Positions 1 to 11,264 are shown, counted from the stretch's first letter. The stretch is 64,000 bases of DNA from Octopus sinensis (GCF_006345805.1 NC_043008.1:40796001-40860000); one strand, 5' to 3'. Program-made: numbers and translations. Notes: generated by a model not told the origin, from the sequence alone.

Positions 1-134
1 TGTGTGTATGTGTGTGTGCGTATGTGTAAATGGTAATAGGATAAAAATCCCTTTGGTCACGAATGGTCATAATATTGCACCTAGAAAGGCAAATACTGAT
101 ACAGATTGACACCATTGACGTCGCAACTCATTTG

Positions 135-262
135 TACAGATGAGCGAACTGGAGTTACATGAAGTAAAGTCTCTTTCTCAAGAACACAACAAAACGCGGT
201 CTAGGAATCGAACTTACTACCTCATGATTGTGATCAAGATGCTCTAACCACAGAGCTATGTG
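135..262 (-). mobile_element. tRNA-derived SINE 5' fragment (degenerate)
   Basis: Minus strand reads CATAGCTCTGTGGTTAGAGCATC...GTAAGTTCGATTCC, giving Pol III A-box and B-box-like motifs, followed by GTTGTGTTCTTGAGAAAGAGAC. A related fragment lies at ~8900-9030. Confidence 0.55.
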
Positions 263-1049
263 ACTTCATATATATATGTGTGTTTGTTTGTGCGTTCGTG
301 CGTGAGAGAGAGTGAGAGAGTAAGCGTAGTAGGCTCAATTCACATTTTCAAATGACATGAAATAAACTCAAAATTTAAACATTAAACTTCTTCCAACGTT
401 CTATACAGATCATGAAACAACTCGATATTTGCATATATACTTGACACTGTACATCTGTGAATGCTAATATATGTATATACATATTCAACGTGTGTGTGTT
501 GGGTGTTGGTGTGTGGGGCTTATGGTTTGTTCATGCATTCGTGTGTGTTTGTGTGTGTGCATTTGCATTTTTAATTTTTGGTGAAGGGGTCGAGTAAAGC
601 TCCTTTTGGCACGCTATGCGTCAAATGTATGTAGCTTCTAATTCAGTGAGAAATATATATGGTATAAACCCAAAGCGAGATTGACCCAGAGTTCTTGAAA
701 TAAAATATCCGACATAAGCAATCGTGAGGTTAAATAAATATGACGTACAAATAACATTTTATTTTTGATTGCTTATTGGCTGTTGCAAAATTACCATAAT
801 AAAGTGAGTTTGAGGACAGCTGCATGGTTAACGATTTTACCATGTTTTCAGGCTCCGATATCAAGCAACAATATCGAGAATGTTGCAGTTTATTACTTTG
901 CATTGCGTCTTCATTTGGAATTAACGGGGTCAGGGGATTAATTTCATTCCCATAAAATATCAGCAAAAATTATATGTGCACCCAAATGCATGTACTATGT
1001 CTGTGTGAATGTATATGTGTATATATATGCTCTATGTCAGGTCACTTTC

Positions 1050-1650
1050 GAGTGCTACTGGTAACATGTAACCCAGTACAACCTAGCGGGAGACTAAACC
1101 GGCAACCCCGCCAAGCTTGCTTGGTGAGGAGGGTGTTTATTGGACACCCTGCGGGATGAAAAACAAAACCTATCAAAAGGCAGAGGAACTATTGAGCGTC
1201 AATGGCCATCCAATAAATGTCTTAAGGCTGTATCATGCTCAGGGACATAGAAATAATCGAATTGAATACCCGATCGTGCGTATAAACCATTGGGAGTGAA
1301 GGACTCCTAGCCTTTGTTAGGGCATCCTTCTAGTAGAAGGTAACTCAGGTAACTGGGATAACTCCAACATAAAAACTGCGGCTCAGTGGTTGCCGATGAT
1401 GTTGACGTGTTCTTCTTTTCAGATTATGGCTGCTGTTGCTTAGTAAGTGGGATTGACTCAGTGCACAGCCTTTCCTCACTTAAAAAAAAATCTTCTTGCA
1501 CAGGCATTGCGCGATAACAACTTTGATCAAGCTTTGCGCAATGGACATACTCAATAACGAGGGGGCTGCCACCATATATATGCTCGGTCGGTGCTATATC
1601 TTCTGACAACTGTTCAAATGTACACCAGGCTCATCAAATCACGAGAACAT
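1050..1650 (+). mobile_element. Possible 5' UTR fragment of an RTE-like non-LTR retrotransposon
   Basis: GC-richer island containing GGGCATCCTTCTAGTAGAAGGTAACTC, which resembles a motif recalled from RTE-clade 5' regions. No protein homology seen. Confidence 0.3.
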
Positions 1651-4248
1651 CTGACATATTTTGAGGTAGATCGTATGTGTATTTGCACGTATGGGTTTTT
1701 GCGCGTGCACTCGTATATACGTGTGGGTGGACATTTGTATAACAATTTTTATGCTGACATTCTTAGGTGTACGGCATCTAATTCAATAAGAAATTAATAT
1801 GTAATATTATTGTATTTCATCCGGTAATAAACATAAATTTAATATTTACACTCAACATACTCTCATCAAAATACACACATAAAGGCGCACACACAATCAT
1901 ACACACATACACACACACAAACACAGACACATATTTATACTTTGTGCGTAAACAAAGCAAGAAATGGTCTCATGTGAACAAATGTGGTGACGAACATTTT
2001 CTCACAGTTAGATATTTGCATAGATCCAAGTATATTTATCTATCTATCTATATATTCAACCACGTGCTTTCACACACCAACTTTCTCACCTATATATATA
2101 TATATATTATATAGTATAATTATAATAATAGTAATAATATAAATAATATATGAATATATGCATATATACATGCATATATGTATGTCTATATGCATATATT
2201 TATATTATTATATGATCCAACGCCACGCATCCAAGTATATATATAATATTATTGTGTCTGGGTGATCCTTTCTATTTTAATATCTTTCTTATCATTTAAC
2301 ATACACACCGGTTCGATTTCCGCTCACTTAATTATTTATTTTTACTAAAACTGTTGTTTCCTCTTGTAAATTCCTCAGGAGTCGTCGACTCTCAGAAAAT
2401 CAACGACTATTGGAGAGGTTGCAAGACGGAACGAAAATTCTAGAAAAAAAAATGTTTCCTTTATAAAAATAAGAAGTAAATGAGTGGAAAGCGAACCAGT
2501 GTGTGTAATCGTGTGTGTGCGTGGGTGTGTGTACATAATATATCCGTATACATACACGTGGGTGTTTGTTTGCGTTTGTGTCTGGTCTGTATTTTGTGTA
2601 TATGAAATTCAAGCTTGAATATGTGGTTTGCAGAAGCAGCATCGTGCGTAATATTGAATAATTTCATGTGATATCATGTGATAATTTCATGTGATATCTG
2701 AAAATGAAATACCAGCATTAATGTATATTCTAATTATCTAATTTGATTAAATTGTTTTTCCGCAATTCTAATTTTGTAATTATTTCTACTTTCTTTCTTT
2801 CTGATAGCTTATTTTTGTTTTTACTGGAAAATTTTGTAAAGGATAATCAGAGATTTAATCTTCATTAGTTCTGATTAAAGTGACACTGAATAATGATACA
2901 TCTTTGAAATATTCCTATCGTTCAAAAAGTTTATAACTATATTTAATGGACACAAATTTCACAATTATTCCCAATACATTATGGTTGCCTATCTTCGTGG
3001 ATTATATTTCTATATAGTTTATATATGTTTTACATAGTGCTTTTTCATTACTAAATATTATTTCTATTTTATTTGCCCTCACACGTATTGTTAGTCAAAT
3101 CACGTTATTTCTTTCTATTAATTGGTGTTAAATTTATTGATGTGTTCTACTAATACAGCATAATTTGCAAGAAGCTGAAATTGATTCATTTAACAATGAC
3201 TATTACGATGCTGACATTTCATTAAATATTTATTAAATATTCTTTTTAGTAAAGACAAGTTATTTAGTCTGTATAAGAATGTAAATATAAGAAAAAATTT
3301 ACAGAAAAATATTTCCTTAAACTTTAAACATCGAATTTTAAACTTGAATGCCATCCATCAAATTGTAATACAGATTACTTTACCTAATTAATTTCAAATT
3401 CAAGAAGTATTTTTTAAGTAATTTTCTGCAAGCTTAATATTTGGAATAAATATTAAGCATCAACATTCTTCCATTCATCCAACTACGCCAAATTCGTCTC
3501 TGTCCCTTACTACATTGCTCTAAAATTGTGTAGCATTATAACTTTCCATGTGTACAAGTAAATGGAGCTTACGACATTCATATTTTAAGGTACGTTAAAC
3601 ATATGAGATAAGTGCAATGTTTTAAAGGGAAGCTTATGATATGGAAATTTGCAGAAACGTCGTTTCTCAGAAGTGACAGTTTATTGTTGCAGAAGACAGA
3701 GCTCTTTCTCGGAAGGTGAACCATAAAACCATAGGTTATATTGTAGAGAACTGAAAACACAGTTCTACATGTGACATTTTGTATTATTGTTCTCATGGAC
3801 AGAAAACGTATACAAATAAGGGAAAAGCGCTTCCATAATGCTATCTGTATATGTTTCCCTCATTATATACAGGTAGATCTGACACAGACACAAATCCCCA
3901 AATAGCGGAGTTGGACGTTACTCCATGATATTGACCGAAGCAGATGATTGCTGCTTCATTTTATAGGTACCCATAAGTGACTAAAGACAGGGGGTGATAT
4001 TTTCTTGATTTGACCTCATAACAGAAACAAACGCAAAGTAGTGCAATACATATGTGATCACCTGATCCTTCCCGCCCTGCACATTAGCTACAGAAATAAA
4101 TTGAATTATAAATATTGTTTGTCATAACATTTACACCTGCTATTTTTACAAAGTTACTCACTAAAATCTACTTTTTGATATATATTCTTCCTGACATATC
4201 AGCTTTAGAATATCTTCATACAAACTTGAACTGCAGGAAATACTAGCC

Positions 4249-4319
<71 letters not shown>

Positions 4320-4473
4320 TAATTAGAGACATATTCAATTTGTAGTCATCGGAGATTAATATCCTGTTGGTATCTCAGAAATCTTGTTCGCGGAACTGGT
4401 TACCATATCTCTTTTATGTACTGACCTGCTATATTTTTGTAAAATATGTCAGTCACCGGCCACATAATCAAGG

Positions 4474-4695
4474 TATTCTTTTATTCTTTTACTTGTTTCA
4501 GTAGGTTGCCTTCGGCCATGCTGGAGCACCGCCTTTAGTCGAACAAATCAACTCCAGGACTTATTCTTTGAAGGCCTTGTACTTATTCTATGGTTGTTCT
4601 TTGCCGAACCGTCAAGTTACAGGCACATAAACACACCAGCATCGGTTGTCATGCGATGTGGGTAGGACAGACACAATCATAGACACACACATACA
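4474..4695 (-). mobile_element. Major SINE (family A), 3' half
   Basis: Shares GGCCATGCTGGAGCACCGCCTTTAGTCG...GCCGAACCG...AAACACACCAGCATCGGTTGTC with the copies at 6519 and 36315. Has a (TATTCTTT)-type tail. Confidence 0.9.
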
Positions 4696-4734
4696 TATAT
4701 TGTATGAACTCAATATATGTTTGTACATATCATC

Positions 4735-5014
4735 ATAATCATTGTTCGACCGTGGTCGAGACAATGGAATTTACCATGCTACGCCAGACTTCACGGTCCA
4801 TCATGGCATTACGGAGGTCCTGCTGCTGGATGCCTGTATCCTTGGAGATTACATCAGTGTAAGTGAGTGTGCGCCTTCTGGTATTGCTAGTAGATGGCTT
4901 CCAGAGGAGAAGAGTAGAAATTACCTCTTTTTCAGCTCCACAACAATGTCCAGCAAACTGGACTCTCTTACCTTTCACAAGAGATGACACAGGTGGTAGT
5001 TTCCCATATATTTG
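4735..5014 (-). mobile_element. RTE-clade LINE 3' end (C-terminal ORF fragment, 5'-truncated)
   Basis: ORF 4739-5074 encodes QIYGKLPPVS...QFAGHCC...LLLWKP...TYTDVISKDTG...LRNAMMDREVWR, a typical RTE C-terminus, followed by an ATG/GAT repeat tail. Confidence 0.8.
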
Positions 5015-5061
5015 CATGTGGTTGGTAAGCAAGCTACTTACTACACAGCCACTCCTGCGCC
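5015..5061 (-). mobile_element. SINE family A 5' head (A-box part)
   Basis: Minus strand GGCGCAGGAGTGGCTGTGTAGTAAGTAGCTTGCTTACCAACCACATG matches the heads of the copies ending at 6920, 36725 and 44040. Confidence 0.85.
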
Positions 5062-6070
5062 TATCTAATCGCATTCTGTTCCATCACGACCTAAATTCGT
5101 GATGGAATAGTATAAAAGAGGCGAACTCATTTTATGTGGATTTAGAGAACGTCTAGTAATATGGATTCGATATAAGTGACTGCGTTAAATTTTGTCCTCT
5201 AGCGTACAGCTTCTATGAGACTAAGGCATTTTGCTTTGAGTGACATGCAGATCTGTGGTGGTCTGGAGGTTTGTATGTGAGCGTCTCGTGACAGTAGTGG
5301 TTCTGGTGGTATATTTGTGTGAGATATTTTATAACGTTCTTATTGGTGCGTCTGCATGGATATCTCTCTTTCTTATCGACGGAGTCACAGTGTGAAACCA
5401 CAGTGACATCTTTAAGGCGAAGGGATGTTTTTGTTTCGCTTTCGGTTGATTCCATTATTTTGTGTTTTTGCTTTCATTATCTCATACTTATATTTCTATT
5501 TACAAAGTTGAAATATATTTGTGGGATCTTTCCATTGAAAACAACCACAGCATACTGACAAGGAGAAACCCGAAATATTAATAAATATTATATTCAGATA
5601 TCACGGCATCAAACAGACTGCCACATATTGTTGTACATTGCAAGGCACAAAACGAAGTGCTTTGTTTTAGTTTTTCATAATAAATCACCTTTGGGTAATT
5701 GACCATTTAACATTCTGCTACAATCATACCACTCCCGCATTCTTTTATTATTCTTTCTCTTCTTCTTCATCTTCTTCGTCTTCTTCTTCTCATTCTCCTC
5801 CTCCTCCTACTTCTTCTTCTTCTCCTCCTCCTCTGCCAAGAATTAGCAACGACCTCGAGCCCACAATGTAAACAAGAGAGACAGAGACAGGCAGAAACAG
5901 AGAAAATGCCCCTTGTATTTCAATACTATGCAAATATTCGTTTGAAAATCTTTTCATTTAACTCTTTCAAAATTTAATTGTTTTCCATTCTTATGTAGAA
6001 ATATAAAATATGTTTTATGATATAATCATTTTAGCATGTTCTACCTTAACTTTTTTCGTTGTATATATAT

Positions 6071-6105
<35 letters not shown>

Positions 6106-6518
6106 ATTTGCCACCTGTAATGAAAATCAGACGAAAACACAATATATCCGATTCATATCATTTCTCCTGCGAAAGAGGCATTGTGCCTGCAACGAGAAGT
6201 GGATACACAATTATAGCTATTAACCCAACAATAATAAATCGAAGTATTAACAGGAAAAACGAAGATAAGGAAAAATTATAAAACTTTTGAAATATCACGT
6301 ACTCCGCAATCAAATGAATGATAAAATGAGACATTATGGAATGCAATGAAATATATTTTTTTAAAAAATATAACAAAAAAAAAGGCAAAAAGGAACCGAA
6401 ATCAAATCACCAATCTGTTATTTTGAAGAGCGGCAAAGTTCCCCATGAAAATATGTTTGGACACGAAAGCAAAATGATAGTATCAAGCACCTTTTCACTG
6501 AAAATGGTAATCATTATT

Positions 6519-6920
6519 ACTCTTTACTCTTTTATTTGTTTCAGTCATTTGACTGTGGCCATGCTGGAGCACCGCCTTTAATCGAGCAACTCGAACCCCG
6601 GGACTTATTCTTTTTGGAAGCCCAGTACTTATTCTATCGGTCTCTTTTGCCGAACCGCTAAGTAACGGGAACATAAACACACCAGCATCGGTTGTCAAGC
6701 AATGCTAGGGGGACAAACACAGACACACAAACACACACACATGCGTATATATATATATACATATATACGACGGGCTTCTTTCAGTTTCCGTCTACCAAAT
6801 CCACTCACAAGGCTTTGGTCGGCCCGAGGCTATAGTAGAAGACACTTGCCCAAGGTGCCACGCAGTTGGACTGAACCCGGAACCATGTGGTTGGTAAACA
6901 AGCTACTTACCACACAGCCA
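6519..6920 (-). mobile_element. SINE family A, near full length
   Basis: tRNA-like head (TGGCTGTGTGGTAAGTAGC...GTTCCGGGTTCAGTCC), conserved body, internal (CA)/(TA) microsatellite and short-repeat tail. Multiple paralogues in the window. Confidence 0.92.
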
Positions 6921-7041
6921 CAAAAATTCAGAATTAAAGACATTCTGGTGCAGCGAATAGCGAGAGACATAGTGCCGTCGGAGGATATTATTCGCAACAA
7001 CAAACATGTCTCTGAGATGATGACATTAGTAGATTAGCTAG

Positions 7042-7140
7042 GGCGGTGAGAGGGCAGAATCGTCAGCATACTCGGATTAATGCTTAACTGCATTTCGTCC
7101 CTCTTTGCCTTCTGTGTACAAATTTTGCCGAGGTCAAATT
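7042..7140 (+). mobile_element. SINE family C 5' part
   Basis: GGCGGTGAGAGGGCAGAATCGTCAGCAT...AAATTTTGCCGAGGTC, similar to 26810-26990 and, on the minus strand, 8690-8870. Confidence 0.6.
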
Positions 7141-7465
7141 TGCTTTGTGGTAAGAAGCTTGCTTCGCAACCATATGGTTCCGGGATCAATCCCACTACGT
7201 CGCTCCTTGGGCATGTGTCTTCTACTACAGACTCAACCCGACCAAAGCCTTGTGAGTGTATTTGGTAGAAGAAATGGAAAGAAGCCCGTAGTGTATATGT
7301 ATATATGGTGGTGGATGGGGGTGTGTTTGTCCCCCCGCCATCCCTTGACAACTGATACTGGTGTTTTTATGTATTGTAGATAAGGGGTTAAGGCCGTAGA
7401 ATAAGTGCTGGGCTTCCAAACAAGGAGTCCTTGAGTTGATTCCCTCGACTAAATTCCTTCAAGGG
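7141..7465 (+). mobile_element. SINE family A, degenerate
   Basis: TGTGGTAAGAAGCTTGCTT...GGTTCCGGG...ACCAAAGCCTTGTGAGTG...GACAACTGATACTGGTG...TAGAATAAGT. Confidence 0.85.
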
Positions 7466-7484
7466 ATAACTCAAATAAGCAAAG

Positions 7485-7487
<3 letters not shown>

Positions 7488-7537
<50 letters not shown>

Positions 7538-7546
7538 TAGATATAT

Positions 7547-7607
<61 letters not shown>

Positions 7608-7612
7608 GAGAG

Positions 7613-7696
<84 letters not shown>
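7488..7696. repeat. Compound (TA)n-(GATA)n microsatellite
   Basis: Directly visible. Confidence 0.97.
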
Positions 7697-7799
7697 GTAA
7701 ATGCATATACTTACATTAACACGAATGCATGCCAAATATGCGATTAGTTTGAACTAAAGCCTAGAAACGCGCTTTTAAAAGCTTTCATGCATTTAACAG

Positions 7800-8235
7800 A
7801 TGGTAGCTGACGTAAGCATAGAATGTAGGGGTTTACGTTAATAGTGAGAGGGGATTAGATTGATAAAAACACATGGATTATATTTAAATTAGGAAAATCT
7901 TAAAAATTAATAGAATGATAATAAGAATTCTTATTCAAAACTGCGTCATGAGTTTCGTTTCAAATGAGATTCAAGATAAGGTGGAAATATTTTTCCACAT
8001 CCCAGTGTAATCCAATATTGTGGGTATACACGTGGAACTCGTTGCAAGTGAGAATGTACAATATAATACCTCACTCTCTATTTTGTATCCTATCTAAATT
8101 AACTATTATCTAACCATCCACTCACACCGATGAAGGTATATAACTAATGAATATCCTGGAAACAGCTGTAAGACCTTCTATCTGTAAATGTTCTAATATT
8201 TACACAGTCTTGGTTTTTTATCTCATTACGCAAAA
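7800..8235 (+). mobile_element. Dispersed repeat with hammerhead-like motif (probable PLE pseudo-LTR)
   Basis: 7830-7975 aligns by eye with 11590-11745. A hammerhead-like motif lies at 8127-8170. Confidence 0.5.
8127..8170 (+). ncRNA. Minimal hammerhead-like motif (variant core)
   Basis: CCGATGA-AGGTATAT..ATATCCT-G-GAAAC-AGCT-GTA, with a palindromic stem III (ACAGCTGT) and a GUA site. U4 is replaced by C and stem I is poor. Confidence 0.45.
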
Positions 8236-8409
8236 AATAAACACGCTGACATATGACCAACGTTGAACCCCTTATTCGCAACATTACCAACCTGGAACTT
8301 AACTATGGTATGTTTATAGCACTTATTCAGCATTACCTGATACATTTGGGTCCCAATGACACCATTACCTCTTATACACGCACACACACACACACACGCA
8401 CACACAACA

Positions 8410-8489
<80 letters not shown>

Positions 8490-8492
<3 letters not shown>

Positions 8493-8635
8493 CGGGAAGC
8501 TTTATGAAAATAGACAAAAGACGAAGGCAGGGGAAAACAAACAACAATTGTATTAGTATGGCGCTCAGGAAATATAAATAAAACAAGTCTTTAACGTTTC
8601 GAGCCTACGCTCTTCAACAGAAAGATACACAGAGA
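8490..8635 (-). mobile_element. PLE pseudo-LTR-like repeat
   Basis: Homologous by eye to 45410-45520 (+). Carries a hammerhead-like motif and abuts (TA)n. Confidence 0.6.
8588..8625 (-). ncRNA. Minimal type-I hammerhead-like motif (CUGUUGA variant)
   Basis: TCTTT-CTGTTGA-A-GAGC GTAG GCTC-GAAACGTT-AAAGA: 5-bp stem I, 4-bp stem II and palindromic ACGT stem III. A6 is replaced by U. Confidence 0.6.
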
Positions 8636-8689
8636 GTGTGTGTGTTATGCAACTGTTTCAAAATTTGGGCATGGTCAGCAGTGTTTGGG

Positions 8690-8870
8690 TTCAGTTAATT
8701 GGTTACATCAAACCCTGTGTTCAGCTGCAAGTCATTTCAACGACCCCGTAATGAGGAAAGGCAAAGTCATCAGCGGTGAAATTTGAACTCAGAACGCAAA
8801 GACGTGATGCCGCTCAGAAAACAGAACATAATGCCATTCAGCTTTTTGAGCGACGCGCTAATTATTCTCC
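8690..8870 (-). mobile_element. SINE family C, degenerate
   Basis: Plus strand GGAAAGGCAAAGTCATCAGCGGTGAAATTTGAACTCAGAACG is the reverse complement of the family C B-box region. Confidence 0.6.
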
Positions 8871-9391
8871 CAAATCCCCTCCCAACTTACTACTCATATG
8901 CTTCCAACTGTGTGGACTGAAATAACGTGATATAAAATGTATTCCTCAAAGACACAGCGCGCCACCGTATTTCGAACGCAAAACTTTAGGGTCGTGAGTC
9001 CAATACACTTAAATACGAAGCCATGCGTCTTCATTTATATATTATACACTTTTAATTATAACAGCTTCATTTGGTTCCATGAGATTTAAAATTCTTAGAT
9101 ACCTAGTCCGTACAATTCAGATTATAGAAATATTATATATATATAATATATATATTATATATATATATATATATATAATATATATATTATATAATATATT
9201 ATATAAAAGGGCTTAGTAAAATAAATTACTTTGCTGCATACTGAACTCATTAGAAATAGTAGCTAAAAAAACTTTTTTAAAACTATTTCTATACTTAAAG
9301 AAAACCTCTCTCATATAGTGTTTGCTCAATTCAACTCACGAAAGTATGGGGGTGGGGTAAAGACATTAAAAAATCAAATGCAAAGGTTATT

Positions 9392-9442
9392 TGAGAACGT
9401 ACGTTTCAAGATTAGTCAACTCGACATTTCTATATCAGCTCA
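9392..9442 (-). ncRNA. Hammerhead motif copy 1 (core disrupted)
   Basis: As copy 2 but with a 1-nt deletion in CUGAUGA (reads CTGATATAG). This could be a mutation or an assembly indel. Confidence 0.55.
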
Positions 9443-9954
9443 GAACTCCTTGGTTTGGATTTGGAAACACTGAAAGTGGGAGCATACCCTTTCGGCTTCT
9501 TATCGCTTCTGAAGATCTGCTCGAAACTAACAGTGCCAGCAAACTCAAATATGCAAGCGAAGAATTTCTCCTCTCCCCTTTCCACCAGCGTGGGTTAAAA
9601 TCAGTTAAAACACTATGCTTTTTTCGGTAAAATCCGCCGAGGCTTAAATAGAGAGAGATGAATTATAATTGCAACAATTGAGGGTAAAATTAATTAATTA
9701 TTAATCAATTTCACCAAGTATTCAGTATGCAAAGGGACCATTTAAGGAGAATTCAAATTATTACGTTATATAAAAGGCTTAGTAAAATAAATTACTTTGC
9801 CGCATACTGAACTCATTAGAAATAGTAGCTAAAAAAAACTTATTTAAAACTATTTCTAATACTTAAAGAAAACCTCTCTCATATAGTGTTTGCTCAATTC
9901 AACTCACGAAAGTATGGGGGTAAAGACATTAAAAAATCAAATGCAAAGGTTATT

Positions 9955-10006
9955 TGAGAACGTACGTTTCAAGATTAGTCAACTCGACATTTCTATCATC
10001 AGCTCA
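9955..10006 (-). ncRNA. Minimal type-I hammerhead ribozyme motif, copy 2
   Basis: TGAG-CTGATGA-TAGAAATGTCGAGTTGACTAATCTT-GAAAC-GTAC-GTT-CTCA: intact core, 4-bp stem I, palindromic stem III loop and GUU site. Confidence 0.75.
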
Positions 10007-10519
10007 GAACTCCTTGGTTTGGATTTGGAAACACTGAAAGTGGGAGCATACCCTTTCGGCTTCTTATCTCTTCTGACGATCTGCTCGAAACTAACAGTGC
10101 CAGCAAACTCAAATATGCAAGCGAAGAATTTCTGCTCTCCCCTTTCCACCAGCGTGGGTTAAAATCAGTAAACACTATGCTTTTTTCGGTAAAATCCGAG
10201 GCGTTAAATAGAGAGAGATGAATTATAATTTCAACAATTGAGGTAAAATTAATGAATTATTAATCAATTTCACCAAGTATTCAGTATGCAAAGGGACCAT
10301 TAAGGCGAATTCAAATTATTACATTATATAAAAGGGCTTAGCTTAGTAAAATAAATTACTTTGCCGCATACTGAACTCATTAGAAAAAGTAGCTAAAAAA
10401 ACTTTTTTAAAAAACTATTCTAATACTTTTAAAGAAAACCTCTCTCATATAGTTTGCTCAATTCAACTCCACGGAAGTATGGGGGTAAAGACATTACAAA
10501 ATCAAATGCAAAGGTTATT

Positions 10520-10571
10520 TGAGAACGTACGTTTCAAGATTAGTCAACTCGACATTTCTATCATCAGCTCA
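10520..10571 (-). ncRNA. Minimal type-I hammerhead ribozyme motif, copy 3
   Basis: Identical to copy 2. Confidence 0.75.
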
Positions 10572-11264
10572 GAACTCCTTGGTTTGGATTTGAAAACACT
10601 GAAAGTGGGAGCATACCCTTTCGGCTTCTTATCGCTTCTGAAGATCTGCTCGAAACTAACAGTGCCAGCAAACTCAAATATGCAAGCGAAGAATTTCTGC
10701 TCTCCCCTTTCCACCAGCGTGGGTTAAAATCAGTAAACACTATGCTTTTTTCGGTAAAATCCGAGGCATTAAATAGAAAGAGATGAATTATAATTTCAAC
10801 AATTGAGGGTAAAATTAATTAATTATTAATCAATTTCACCAAGTATTCAGTATGCAAAGGGACCATTTAAGGCAAATTCAAATTATTACATTATATAAAA
10901 GGGCTTAGTAAAATAAATTACTTTGCCGCATACTGAACTCATTAGAAATAGTAGCTAAAAAAACTTTTTTAAAAACTATTTCTAATACTTAAAGAAAACC
11001 TTTTGATTAATAATTAATTAATTTTACCCTCAATTGTTGAAATTATAATTCATCTCTCTCTATTTAATGCCTCGGATTTTACCGAAAAAAGCATAGTTCT
11101 TACTGATTTTAACCCACGCTGGTGGAAAGGGGAGATCAGAAATTCTTCGCTTGCATATTTGAGTTTGCTGGCACTGTTAGTTTCGAGCAGATCTTCAGAA
11201 GCGATAAGAAGCCGAAAGGGTATGCTCCCACTTTCAGTGTTTTCAAATCCAAACCAAGGAGTTC

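Noticed and set aside
9890-10727. Repeated ORF MQRLFENVRFKISQLD... in the 564-bp unit
   Set aside because: Short, no recognisable domain, frameshifted in copy 1 and overlapping the ribozyme motifs. Treated as incidental.
9202-11001. CRISPR-like or simple satellite interpretation of the tandem array
   Set aside because: No short repeat/unique spacer structure. Units are whole ~564-bp copies in a eukaryotic context.
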